DNA of 61,590 nt, the filler included, from Malassezia furfur (lineage: Eukaryota): the NCBI GenBank assembly GCA_052055015.1. It is 8 parts of 8 records of this genome, joined end to end, with 100 filler letters (N's around TTAATTAATTAA, not from the genome) between each part and the next. Parts side by side here need not be neighbours in the genome. Positions count along the whole stretch, not along the records: positions 15,641 to 23,287 come from JBQJIT010000490.1; positions 23,388 to 31,019 come from JBQJIT010000491.1; 6 more parts are not named here. The stretch is one strand, 5' to 3'. Below the pieces are notes generated by a model. It had not been told where the DNA came from and made no database searches. It was given only the letters and a program-made list of their open reading frames with translations. Position 1 is the stretch's first letter, and each line of letters starts with the position of its first letter. The translations under genes and the position numbers were made by a program. Below are positions 19,425 through 30,096 of the stretch, in pieces.

Positions 19425-20519
19425 CTACGAGCGGCTGCTGCGCCGCGCAAGGACCGCGGCATTGAGCCGGTCCAGTAGCTCTACGGTGGTATCCCAGCCG
19501 ATGCACCCGTCGGTGATCGACACGCCATACTCCAGGTCGTCCTTCGTCTTGCCGTTCTTGGGCTCGCTCTGCTTGCCCTCCTTCAGGTTCGACTCGAGCA
19601 TCACGCCAGTGATCGCATCCTGGCCCTGCTCAATCTGCTCCGCCACCGAGGTGGCGCCCTTGGGCTGGTTGCGGTAGTCCTTGCTCGAGTTGCCGTGGCT
19701 CGCGTCAACCATGATGCTCGGGTGCCGGTCGGGCATCGCCTTGAGCAGGTTCTCCTTGCTGGTCTGGATGCTTTCCGGGTCGTAGTTGGTGCCCTTGTTG
19801 CCACCGCGGTGGATGATGTGCAAGTCGCTGTTGCCCGACGTCTTGACGATCGCCGCAAGGCCCTGGCTCGTGACGCCCATGAACGCGTGCGGGTGCGACG
19901 ACGCGCGGATGGCGTCGATCGCGACACCGATCCCGCCGTCCGTCGAGTTCTTGAAACCAATCGGCATCGACAGACCGGACACGAGCTCGCGGTGCAGCTG
20001 CGACTCGGTGGTCCGCGCGCCGATGGCGCCCCACGAGTAGAGGTCCGAGAGGTACTGTGGCGAGATGGTGTCGAGCACCTCGCACGCGACAGGCATGCCG
20101 AGGTCGGTGATCTCGATGAGCAGCTTGCGCGCCACACGCAGGCCGCGGTTGATGTCGAAGCTGCCGTTCAGGTCCGGGTCGTTGATGAGGCCCTTCCAGC
20201 CGACGGTGGTGCGCGGCTTCTCAAAGTAGGCGCGCATCACGACCACCAACCCGTCCTTCCAGCGCGACTGCGACGCCTCGTGCAGGCGGCGTGCATACTC
20301 CTTGGCCTGCTCCGGGTCGTGGATGGAGCACGGCCCCACGACGACGAGGAGGCGGTCGTCCTTGCCGGTGACCACCCGGCTCACGTCGAAGCGGCCGCGC
20401 GCGATAGTTTCCTTGCCCTTGTCCGAGACAGGCAACTCGTGCATGAGCAGCGAGGGTGCGATCAGCGGGTCGTAGCCCGTGACGCGTGTGTCATTGCCGT
20501 ACTGCAACTGGTCCGCCAT
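19425..20519 (-). CDS. ARO4: Class I DAHP synthase (phospho-2-dehydro-3-deoxyheptonate aldolase)
   Basis: VVGPCSIHD, MRAYFEKPRTTVGWKGLINDP, AIGARTTESQLHRELVSGLS, GFKN, MVDASHGNS, YGVSITDGCIGW. The FMGVT motif resembles Aro4. Confidence 0.95.
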   Translation of the reverse strand: MADQLQYGNDTRVTGYDPLIAPSLLMHELPVSDKGKETIARGRFDVSRVVTGKDDRLLVVVGPCSIHDPEQAKEYARRLHEASQSRWKDGLVVVMRAYFEKPRTTVGWKGLINDPDLNGSFDINRGLRVARKLLIEITDLGMPVACEVLDTISPQYLSDLYSWGAIGARTTESQLHRELVSGLSMPIGFKNSTDGGIGVAIDAIRASSHPHAFMGVTSQGLAAIVKTSGNSDLHIIHRGGNKGTNYDPESIQTSKENLLKAMPDRHPSIMVDASHGNSSKDYRNQPKGATSVAEQIEQGQDAITGVMLESNLKEGKQSEPKNGKTKDDLEYGVSITDGCIGWDTTVELLDRLNAAVLARRSSRS

Positions 20520-20582
20520 GGTGCGAAGGAAAGGCGTCGCTGACTCGAGAAGAACCGTATGTAAGTATGACAAATCAACTAC

Positions 20583-23279
20583 TCAGGCGAGCACGGGGGT
20601 GCCCACACCGCTGCCGCCGATCGACTTTTTGATCGTGTCGCGTGCCCAGTTGGCCGTCTTGCGCGTCTCAGAGCCGTTGGTACGGCTGCGACCGACCTTG
20701 ATGTATTCCATGACCCATTGCTGCTGCAGCTGGGCCATCACGGGCCCGGTCGGGAACGCGGTGGCGATGTCGCCGAGCAGGCCGATCGTCGTGCGCAGCA
20801 GCGTCTCGGAGCGGTCCACGCTGTCGCTCGCGACGAGCCCGACAAATGCGATGGTGTACTCCATGTAGGGCAGAAGCAGCTCCGTCTTGCCGCCGATACG
20901 CATGCCGGACACGATGCCGACGTACGCCTCGGCGATGCCCTCGCGCAGGTCGTTGACGTATTCGCTCATCTCGTAGTCGTTCACGTCGCCCGTGTTCTGC
21001 ACCATACTCGCCTGTTGCAGCACGGCCATGGCGGTCTGCAGGTAGGGCTCAAAGTGGCCGTTGATCGCGAGCGCAATGTCGCCAAAGCTGCTCAGGATCG
21101 GCGGCTTGACGTTGCGGTTCAGCACGGGGCTCTGTAGGTCCTCAAACAGCGCATAGACGAGCGTCTGGCTCGACTTGGTCGCTGCCTCGCCGAGCGAGCG
21201 GCACAGGTCGCCGACGAGCCCGACGCTGATGGTGCACAGCTGGTACTCCTCGTGGTTGCGCAGCCCCTCGACGAGGAACGGCAAAAAGGCATCAAGGTAC
21301 TTTTCAAAGTGCGCCTCGAGCGCAACAATCACGGCGCCCACCGCGACGAACGCGTCCTCGAGCACCGTGGGCTGCTTGGCGCTGTTCTGGATGAGCGTCA
21401 GCAGCCCCGTCATGAGGCGGTCGCCGATCGGCGCAATGCCCGCCTGCAGGCGCCGCACACACGCAATCATGACGCTGCACAGGTTGCTCTGCAGCTCGGC
21501 CCAGTTGTTCCGGTCGTCCAGTCCGACGAGCTGGTGCACGAGGCCGTTGAGCTGCTCCTGGCGCTCGACAACGTGCACGAGCACGTTGCTGACCTGCTGC
21601 AGGCAGTCGCTCGCGCTGTTCGCCACGAGGCTCGCGAGCGCCTCGTATGCCGACGTGCGGCTGTTCGACTCGTTGCTCGCCTGCTGCGTGACGGTGATGA
21701 GCTGCGTCGCGATCGTCTCAAAGTAGGGCGAGAGCGGCGTGGTCGGCGGGTCGGGGTCGTCGAGGCGCGCCAGGATGCCCTTGTGCTCGGCCAAGTTCAT
21801 CAGCGCCCAGCAGCAGTGCGTCACAATGCGCGGCTGGTCGTGCAGCGCACCGAGCAGGCCCTGGACGAGCGGCGGGAGCTGCACCTCAGGCGTGATGGCG
21901 TCGTACACAAACTCGCACATCCGGCCGAGCGTCCAGGCGGCCGTGTCCTTCACAGCGACGCTCGGGTCGTGCAGCGTCTCGAGCACGGTGGGGAGCGCCT
22001 GCGTGACGAGCGTCTCGAGCAGCTTGCTCTCGGGCCCGTCCATGATCGAGCCGAAGCACATGAGCGCCGCCTCGCGCCGGCGCCAGTCGGGCGACTTGAT
22101 GTTGGTCTCGATGAACGGCACGGTCAGCGAGACGATCGCGTCGCCGACCACCTGCGCGAGCAGGCCGAGACACGTGCCGGCGGCCTTGGCGGTGTCCCAC
22201 TCGTCCTCGTCCGCGTCCTCGTCCTGCTGGGTGAGGAGCTCCATGAGGACGGGGGCGATTTCGGGGAGCGCAATGCGCGCAAAGTGGTACGAGACGTGCA
22301 CGGGTTCCTCGTTGTACTCGAGCGCCTCGGCGGCCTCGATCTGCAGCTCGATCTCCTCGTCGCACACGGTCGACCAGAACTCGACGGCCTGCAGCGCGAC
22401 GCTCGGGTTCGTGTCGCGCATGCCGAGCACGGTGAGGCCAAAGAGCGCCTGCTCCATGTAGAAGCGCATCTTGTCGTAGTAGAGCTGCATGATGCGCACC
22501 AGGTTCTCGAACGCGGCCACCTTGACGGGGACGTGCGGCGACTGCGTCGCCTCGCATACGACCTGCATGATATAGTTGCGCTCGCCCTCGCGCTCAAAGT
22601 TGCTGCGCACAAACTCGAGCGAGTTGAGCAGCGCCTGCAGTGCCGCAAACTGCACCTCGGGCACCTGCTCCTCCTTCCGCGCGCCCTGGATCACCGCCGT
22701 GAGGATCTCGTTCGACTGCGCCGACAGCACCGCGGGGTTCACCACCTCGCACGTAAAACCAATGGCCTGCAGCGCCGCCTGGCGCAGCCGCGGGTTGGTC
22801 TGGTCGCTGACGGCCGTGAGGAGCTGCGTAATGAGGTCGTTCCACATGCCGAGCGGCAGCTCGATCGCCGCAATGGCCGCCACGACCTGCGCCGCGACCG
22901 TGCCGGCGCGCGGCTCGGCGCTCGAGAGCGTCATGAGCGCCTTGCTCTTGACGTCGTCGCGCGCGGCCGGCGGCAGCGCCGTCCAGCGCTCCGCAAACTC
23001 CTGCGCGCGCTTCGCCTCGCGTGCGGTCAGAGCATTCTTCAGCGCAAGACCCGAGGCAGAGCGGATGTACGACTCAGCCGCCTCGTTCGCGAGCTCGGCA
23101 GCGAGCGACGTCATGTACTGCGCCTGTCGGTCAGCCGGGCCAAGGGACGTACGTAGTTCTCGCGCGCCGTTTTCTCGAGTTCCTGCTCGGCCGCCTGACG
23201 TATGGCGACATCTGTGTGAGTCACATTGCGAGAACGTACCAGGCGAGAGCGAATTGGTGAGCAGTTCACCGACATTCAT
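20583..23279 (-). CDS. KAP95: Importin beta-1 (karyopherin 95); introns 23212-23239 and 23124-23152
   Basis: SGLALKNAL, NFEREGERNYIMQVVCEATQ, QAVEFWSTVCDEE, the DEDADEDEW acidic loop and VKPPILSSFGDIALAI. Confidence 0.96.
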   Translation of the reverse strand: MNVGELLTNSLSPGTFSQCDSHRCRHTSGGRAGTRENGARELRTSLGPADRQAQYMTSLAAELANEAAESYIRSASGLALKNALTAREAKRAQEFAERWTALPPAARDDVKSKALMTLSSAEPRAGTVAAQVVAAIAAIELPLGMWNDLITQLLTAVSDQTNPRLRQAALQAIGFTCEVVNPAVLSAQSNEILTAVIQGARKEEQVPEVQFAALQALLNSLEFVRSNFEREGERNYIMQVVCEATQSPHVPVKVAAFENLVRIMQLYYDKMRFYMEQALFGLTVLGMRDTNPSVALQAVEFWSTVCDEEIELQIEAAEALEYNEEPVHVSYHFARIALPEIAPVLMELLTQQDEDADEDEWDTAKAAGTCLGLLAQVVGDAIVSLTVPFIETNIKSPDWRRREAALMCFGSIMDGPESKLLETLVTQALPTVLETLHDPSVAVKDTAAWTLGRMCEFVYDAITPEVQLPPLVQGLLGALHDQPRIVTHCCWALMNLAEHKGILARLDDPDPPTTPLSPYFETIATQLITVTQQASNESNSRTSAYEALASLVANSASDCLQQVSNVLVHVVERQEQLNGLVHQLVGLDDRNNWAELQSNLCSVMIACVRRLQAGIAPIGDRLMTGLLTLIQNSAKQPTVLEDAFVAVGAVIVALEAHFEKYLDAFLPFLVEGLRNHEEYQLCTISVGLVGDLCRSLGEAATKSSQTLVYALFEDLQSPVLNRNVKPPILSSFGDIALAINGHFEPYLQTAMAVLQQASMVQNTGDVNDYEMSEYVNDLREGIAEAYVGIVSGMRIGGKTELLLPYMEYTIAFVGLVASDSVDRSETLLRTTIGLLGDIATAFPTGPVMAQLQQQWVMEYIKVGRSRTNGSETRKTANWARDTIKKSIGGSGVGTPVLA

Positions 23280-23287
23280 CTTGTCGT

Positions 23288-23387
23288 NNNNNNNNNNNNN
23301 NNNNNNNNNNNNNNNNNNNNNNNNNNNNNNNTTAATTAATTAANNNNNNNNNNNNNNNNNNNNNNNNNNNNNNNNNNNNNNNNNNNN
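23288..23387. other. Artificial contig-joining spacer
   Basis: N-run/TTAATTAATTAA/N-run, 100 bp. Confidence 0.98.
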
Positions 23388-24721
23388 TCTCGAGCGTGAT
23401 CAGCCGGCGTCCCCACTTGCCAAAGTCCTGCAGCGAGTGCGCGACGAGCGTAAAGTGGGGGTGCGTCGGGATCGGCGTCTCGTGGTTCTCCTCGTTCATC
23501 GTCGGCAGCCAGAACACGAGACGGCCCTCGGGCTTGAGCAGCGCCGACGCATACTCGAGCAAGTCGGCCGTGAGGTGCGACAGCGGGTACGGCTTCGTAG
23601 GCGGTACATAGTCAGGCAGCGTGTGCGACAACGTCCCATCGGGCATCACAAACGGCTCGTCGCGCTGCTGCGCCGCATCGCGCTTTCCAAGCCGCTTGGC
23701 CCCAGCACGTACACCATAGGGGGCTGTGTCAGACTCACACACACGTACGATCCGTGACGATCGCATCAAAGATGCCGCCGCCGCCGCCCTCGCAGAATGG
23801 CGCGCGCCACGGCGCATGCGTCATGTCAAACGTGATCGTGTCCAAAATTCGTCCGGTCAGCCCGTACTGCTTCGCGCTCAGCGCAATGCCGCGACCGCCA
23901 TGCTTGTCCTGGCGCCCGCGCAGCATGCGCCCGTCGATGTCGCTGCCGAACGAGAACGCGCCCAGCATGGAACACGCATACAACATCGAGCCCGTCCCTG
24001 CGAAAGGGTCGTACACAAACTTGGACGGGCCCGCAAGCGCCATGTTGGCCATCACGACACTCATTTCGCTCTCCATACTCGTATTCCCAATGTACTGCCG
24101 CTTCTTCAGGCTGAGCTCGTCGATCAGGTCACGCGCAGGTACACGCCCGGTTCGGTCCTTGATTTTCCGCCCAAAGAAGAGCTGCACCAGGCGGGGGTCC
24201 TGATCGCCTTGCGGCGGAGGCGCTGAGCCTGCATCGTGCGAGCGCACATACTCCTCGATTACGCCCCACGTCAAGTCTGCGCCTTTCATGCGCGTCGGTC
24301 CGGGCATGTCCATGTAGCCGAACGACTCGATCAGCTCCAGCCGACGTGCATCCGAGATGGCCGCATTGAAGCCCTGCATGAGCGCTTTCCACGAGACGTC
24401 CGGCCGACTGAATGCCGCATATGGCTTGGTGGCCTGGTTTCGGGCATGCAGTTCGGCATACGTATCCGCACAAACCCACAGCTGCCACACAGCCCGCAGG
24501 CACGAGCACCGGCCGAGCAGCTCGCGCGCAGCGTCGTCCGACGGCAAACGGCAGAGCACAAAGGGACGCTGGTCAGGCCGCACCGAGTCGAGTCGCGACG
24601 GCGTCTCGAGCAGCTCATAGGGAATGCCAAGGTACTTCGCCGAGGCCGCAAACTCGGGCAAGCGGAAGTCGGTGTGCGACTGCGCAAAATGCAGCACGTA
24701 CACCGGCGAATCTTCGTCCAT
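23388..24721 (-). CDS. TRM11: tRNA (guanine-10-N2)-methyltransferase catalytic subunit (3' truncated); intron 23724-23748
   Basis: FAQSHTDFRLPE, LKKRQYIGNTSMESEMS, VYDPFAGTGSML, GSDIDGR, FDAIVTD|PPYGVRAG (restored by splicing), GRLVFWLP. Confidence 0.94.
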
Positions 24722-24755
24722 GGTCGCTGAGTGGAGGTGCTTGCTCCACTTGACC

Positions 24756-26476
24756 ATGTTTGGCGCGCGTCTGGGGGTGGGTCGTGCGCGAAGCAGGACC
24801 CTGGGCCGCGCGTGTGCGCGCACAGTCGCACGGTTCGTGAGTCAGGTGCCACCCAAGCCCCTGGCGCAATTACAGCGGCTCCAGTCCTTTGTGGGGGAAG
24901 CATCGGCCACAAATAGCCTGCTCGAGAAGAAGGGCATCCTCTCACGCTACCCCGATCTAGTGCCCGTACTCGAGCGGTAGGTGTGCGACTAACCTAGGTT
25001 ATACCTGCGCTCCATGCGTTTTCATGTATCGTCTTCTGCCTTGCGCAAGTACCTCGAGCAGCACCCAGAGCCATGCGAAGAGCCGGAAACCCTGCCTCCC
25101 TCGCTCGAGTCTCTGTTGGATGCACTGAGTTCGCGCGCTGTCAAGGGCAACGAGGCGAAAGAGCTGCTGCGCGCATTCCTGCTGAAGTATCAGATTTTGT
25201 CTAGTCATAACCTGCCGACAGGTGCGGTACACACCTCTTCGCCGCTGCTTGATTTATTCTACCGGTGCCTCGATCGCAACCTCAAGGCGGGCATCTCGCA
25301 GAACTCGCTGCGCGATGCGCTCGCGTCTACGCAGGCGCACACTCGGACACAACAGTTCCTCGAGATGCTCCGCGCAACCGGCTCAGTCAATGCGTTCCCG
25401 ATGGACATTGCGCTTGCCCACATCGCGACGCCCAAGCGCCTCCAACACCTGCACAAGCATGCGCCGTGGTTTGTCTCGCGGAAGCTCGACGGAATCCGGT
25501 GCATCATGATTGTCTCCATCGACTGGACACAGCGCGACCCACGTGTGACCCACCTAGATACCCTGTCGCGCACGGGCCGCCCTCTGGGATCGCTTGCGTC
25601 GTTGCGTACGCAGTTGGCTAAGGATCTGGCCGCCTATCCGGACCTGGCTGGCCTGTGCGGTGCACGAGATGCACACGGCATGGCACATCTCGTGCTGGAC
25701 GGCGAGCTGTGTGCACTTCGGCCCACGGAGGATGCGCGCGGCGACGCCTACGTCGAGGATTTCCTACACACGCTCTCGGTGGTGCGACGACACACCGACA
25801 GCCAGACGCCGGTCGTCTTCTTCCCATTTGATGTATTGCCTCTCGATGCGTTTGTGTGCTGGCGCACCTACCTGGAGCAAGGGCGCGCACAGCCACTGCA
25901 GACACGGCTGGCGGCCCTGCAGGCATGGGTCGCTTGGTGCCTGGCAAACCAGCCTGCGACGTGCGTGCGGCGCCTCGAACAAGTGCGCGTGCCGGACATT
26001 ACGCCAGATGAGGTGGAACGCATGCTGGCACAGGCGATCGACAAGCGCTGGGAGGGGCTCATCATGCGCGGCGATGGGCCGTACGAGGGCCGGCGGTCGA
26101 ACGCGATGCTCAAGCTGCGTCCCACGCAGGAGGCTGAGTACGTCGTGCGTGAGGTGGTAGTGAGCCAGATGCGCTTGCCTCTGGCAGGGCACTACGAGGA
26201 GCGCCCTGCATTGTCGCGTACGTCCCCCCCTCACCCCGCAGACATTGTGATTGAGCACAAGGGCGAGCCGGTGTCGGTTGGCTCGGGATTCTCCGTGGCC
26301 GAGCGGTTGCGGTACGGCGCGCATCCAGAGGAGCTGCGCGGCAAGGCGGTGACGGTGATGTGTACGTGGTCCGCGACACTGACACAGACTACCAAGAATC
26401 GACCAAAGACCAGTCGTCTTCGCTACGATTTCCCATAGTCAAGGGGGTATACGGCACGGCCCGCCGCACCCTGTAA
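24756..26476 (+). CDS. ATP-dependent DNA ligase of compact phage/bacterial type with an Arg-rich putative mitochondrial leader; introns 24977-24997, 26218-26241, 26362-26387
   Basis: Motif I SRKLDGIRC, SRTGR, III DGELC, IIIa FPFDVL, IV WEGLIMR, V RRSNAMLKLRP, VGSGFS and VI SLRFP (restored by splicing). Confidence 0.85.
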
Positions 26477-26490
26477 TGCACCGCCCCTGG

Positions 26491-28405
26491 CTACTTCATC
26501 GCGCCGCCCATCCAGGCAAACGCGAGGAATGCACATCCGTACGGCGAGGCAAGCTGTGTAAGTTGAGCAACGTACGCGGTTCAGCATATAGCCCATCGGC
26601 GCAGCCAGCTTTCCTGTGCGCGGCCCAAAACGCTGTGCAAAGTGCCAAAACCGGCTCCCCAGTGTGCCCGCCTCGGGACGCAATGCTTGCAAGATGGGCG
26701 TGGGCGGTGGCGGCAGCGCAGGCGGCGCCGCACCCCATGGCCGTGGTGCCGAGGCCTTGCACAGCTCGGGGTACACGAACGGACGCACAAAGTACGTCTG
26801 CACCAACAGCCGCAGCGAGGACATGCGCGAGCCGGGCGGCGCCGTGAGGCGCGCGTACCGCAGCAGCTTGGTAAAGGTGCTCTGCGCGTAGCGCCGCTTG
26901 CGTGCCTTGGCACGTGCGCGCATGGCGCGTACGTTGCGCGGCGGCGGCGGTGGATGCGACGGGGGTGCGCGATGCGCAGGCACGCCCTTCACGATGCGCG
27001 GCAGCGTAAGGCGCCGGCGCAGCGGCCGCAGGCGACGTACCGACTGGGTGTAACTCACGCGCGGCACAGGATACATGGTGCGAACCGGGCGCACCGTGTA
27101 CGCGACGCTTGCCCAACGGTGCGGCGGGATGCGCGACTTGGACGGTGTCTGCATCGCAGACGCGGCCGGCCTACGCGGGCGATCCCAGACGTGTAGACCA
27201 TACCAGAGAACCATGCGCATGTACTCGATCGGGCGGCTCACCAGCTCGTACAGCAGCGCGCCGATCGCGCCGCCACACACCAGGATGAACGCCGCCGTGA
27301 TCCGCCCATAAACCGTGTGGCTCGCATTGTACGAAAAGTCGAGGTGTACCTTTTCTCCATCGTCCTCGACGTGCTGGTTCTTGGCGAGCGCACGCGGACC
27401 GCCGAGACGGAGGAAGCGGACGACGTTATCGACCGCGAGCGACGCATGAAACGCGACGTACCGCGCCCACTCGAACGACACGAAGAAGCACGAAAACCCG
27501 GCTGAGTCACGGATCAGCGAGAGGAACAGGCTCGTGCCGTGCACGCGGCGCGACAGGAGACGCAGGTGGTTGGGCAGGTGCTGGAACGCCGAGCCTGTCT
27601 TGGGCTCGCGCGAGACGGTCGGGCGCGTCATGCGCTGGATCAGGCGGTGGTACCAATTCTCTGGAAGGAAGGGCAAGATGCCGGCCTGCACGATCGTGCG
27701 CCAGGTCTGCACGGGGTGTCGAACGACTGCGGGGAGCATCGCTTGGTTGCGCACGTCGCGCACCAGCATGCGCTGCAGAACGAGGCGCACATTGTCGAGC
27801 GGCGCCGCGATGATGCACTGTGCCGCACCGGCGACAGCGCCTGCGATCGCAACCACCTTGGTGGGCGTGAACTGGCCGCTGCGCTCGTACGCCTCTTCGG
27901 CGTGGTGCTTGTGGAGCAGCAGGTCCTGCGTCAGGGTGTACGTCTGGAACAGCGTGAATCCGATCGCGACATTGGCGACTGCGTCAGTTGCATCACTTAC
28001 ACATCGGCGGCACCACCAGCGAGAGCAATAGAATGGGCTTCGTGAGTGCCCGGGTCGACGTACCTTTTCTTGCCGGATGAGCCGACGCAGGTAGGGCACG
28101 CCGAGTTTCTTGCCCTCGCGGCGTGCCATCAGCTCAACCAACGACAGCGACGAGACTGTGTGTGAGTGCGCCCACGTACACTGCATGGGCCGAAACAGGC
28201 GGATCGGCCGCTGGAACATGAACGACAGCGAGCTGACCACCGCGCGCACAAAGGCACTCGCCGCCGAGTCGATGCGGTTGATGCCCGCGCGCGCGCTCTT
28301 GACCAGCTCGCGCGACTCGGAACCCGAGTCGTCGTGCGCAGAGATCGTTGCTGCATCTGCCGCATCTTGTCGCCCCGGACCCGCGGCGCCTGTATCGCCC
28401 GCCAT
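26491..28405 (-). CDS. Divergent mitochondrial carrier family (SLC25-like) protein, at least 4 short introns
   Basis: FMFQRPIRLFRP, AGAVAGAAQCIIAAPLDNVR (Px[DE]xxR signature), LIRDSAGFSCFFVSFE, LVSRPIEYMR. Spliced C-terminus LASPYGCAFLAFAWMGGAMK*. Confidence 0.72.
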
Positions 28406-28528
28406 GCAAAAGCTTCGCGGAGTGGTGTAGTGTGTGGAGGGGCGCGAGCACAGACGCCCGCCCCGCGTGGCCCCGCGTAGGCCCCGTGCGCGGGGCAGCG
28501 GCACGTTGGAGAACCGAGACGTAGGACA

Positions 28529-30016
28529 CTATTTCCAGCTAGACGAGACCAGCACCGCGAGTGTCTGCAATGCGGCGTGCCGCACTTCGGGATCGTCATA
28601 GTCGACCAGGCCCATGATCGCGTCCTTGGCGCCCAACGCCGTGACGCGACGCCGCCCCGTCTCGAAGTGGTGCACAAAGCGCCCAATGTCGTGGCACGCC
28701 ACGGCAAGCGTCGTAGCGTCCGAGTGCGTCTCAGGCTTGACGAGCGACACGAGCAGCTTGAGGTCCTGCTCGTTGTGCTCGACGAGCTTCTCGGCGTTCT
28801 CCTTCCAGAACTCGTCGAGCGTGTGCACAGGATTGTCGAACGAGAGGTGCTTGCTCTGCAGCTCCGACTGGTACTCCTCGTAGGAGCTCATCTGGTCCAG
28901 GCGGTTCGACAGCACTGACACAACGTATTTCAGCTGGTCACGCATCTCGTCGTCCGGGTAGTTGCGCTCCTGCAGCGTCTTGCACAGCGGCAGCACCTTG
29001 GCGCCCAGCAGGCGCGTCGCGTTGTCCTCCTCCGAGGCGTCGGGCGCCGTGAGCATGTTGTCCCAGATGCCCACGATCAGCCGTACAATCTTGTGCTTCA
29101 GCGCGGTCTGCGCGAGGCGCACCAGCACGGTCGCGAGCTCAAAGCGCTCGTCGATCCCCGCGGCCGCTTCGGGGTCGAAGGTGAGCACCCACAAGACAAA
29201 CAGGCCTTGGTATTGCAGCTGGGGGTATCCCGCCGTGCCCTCGCGCGGTGTCTGCGTGCCCCCACGCGTGCTAGACGCCATCTTTTCCTCGAGCGAAACG
29301 AGCGTGCCGACGATGGACGACTGCGGCGCCTTGGGCGCTTGGACTGCCTGCTTCCACACCCGCGCCCGGAACGGCGCCTGGCGCACCACCTCGCCGAGGA
29401 TCAGCAGCGCAATCGACACCGCATTGCCGTCCGTGTCATCGTCGCTACCATCGAGCGCGGTTTGCAGCTGCTTGTTGAGGAACGCGAGCAGCTTCTCGAG
29501 CACCTCGTGCGGCGGCGCACCGTGCGACGACGATGCCGACTGCGCGGTCAGGAACAGCGCAAGGAACTGTGCCGCCTTGAGCGACACGAATGCATCCTGC
29601 ACATCAAACAGTCTGGGTGAGTCAAAGGCCACCTACTTGAGCAGCGACGCATACAGTTGCGGCGCATCCAAGAACGCGTCCAGGCGATCGGGCGCGGCCT
29701 GCACGAGATCGTCCGCCAGTAGCACGACCTGCTGAATGGTATCGGCGCGGCTTAGCTTTCCAAAAAGCCGCGTGTGGAGCGCGGCATACTGCGGTTCCTT
29801 CTCGAGGACAGTGCGGAACTGCTTATCGCGCCCCGCCTGCTCGGCGTCGCGCAGCATTTGCAGCTCCTCAGAGCTGATCAGCTCGGCGCGCTGGTAGCCC
29901 TCCCACGCGGTCTGCCGCGCACGCACTTTGTCTGCCGTCTCCTTCAGCCAGCCGTTGTCCAGCGGCATCAGCGGAGACGTCGACACCGCCTGTTGCCCGC
30001 GCTTCTCTTCCGGCAT
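28529..30016 (-). CDS. VMA13: V-type ATPase V1 subunit H; intron 29613-29636 (24 nt, contains an in-frame stop)
   Basis: WEGYQRAELISSEEL, PQLQYQGLFVLWVLTF, EFWKENA, LAVACHDIGRFV, DPEVRHAAL. Confidence 0.94.
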
Positions 30017-30096
30017 GGTGAGGCCAAGCGACCCGACCCGCTGCCCGTGCGGACCACCCACGTGGCTCCACGTGATAAGGAAGAAGAGTTTCGACC

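Noticed and set aside
24957..25013. Apparent in-frame stops and frameshifts suggesting pseudogenes (ligase, SDRs, VMA13, translin, PHB1, NAT9, TRM11)
   Set aside because: Each break coincides with a GT...branch site...AG micro-intron whose removal restores conserved motifs.
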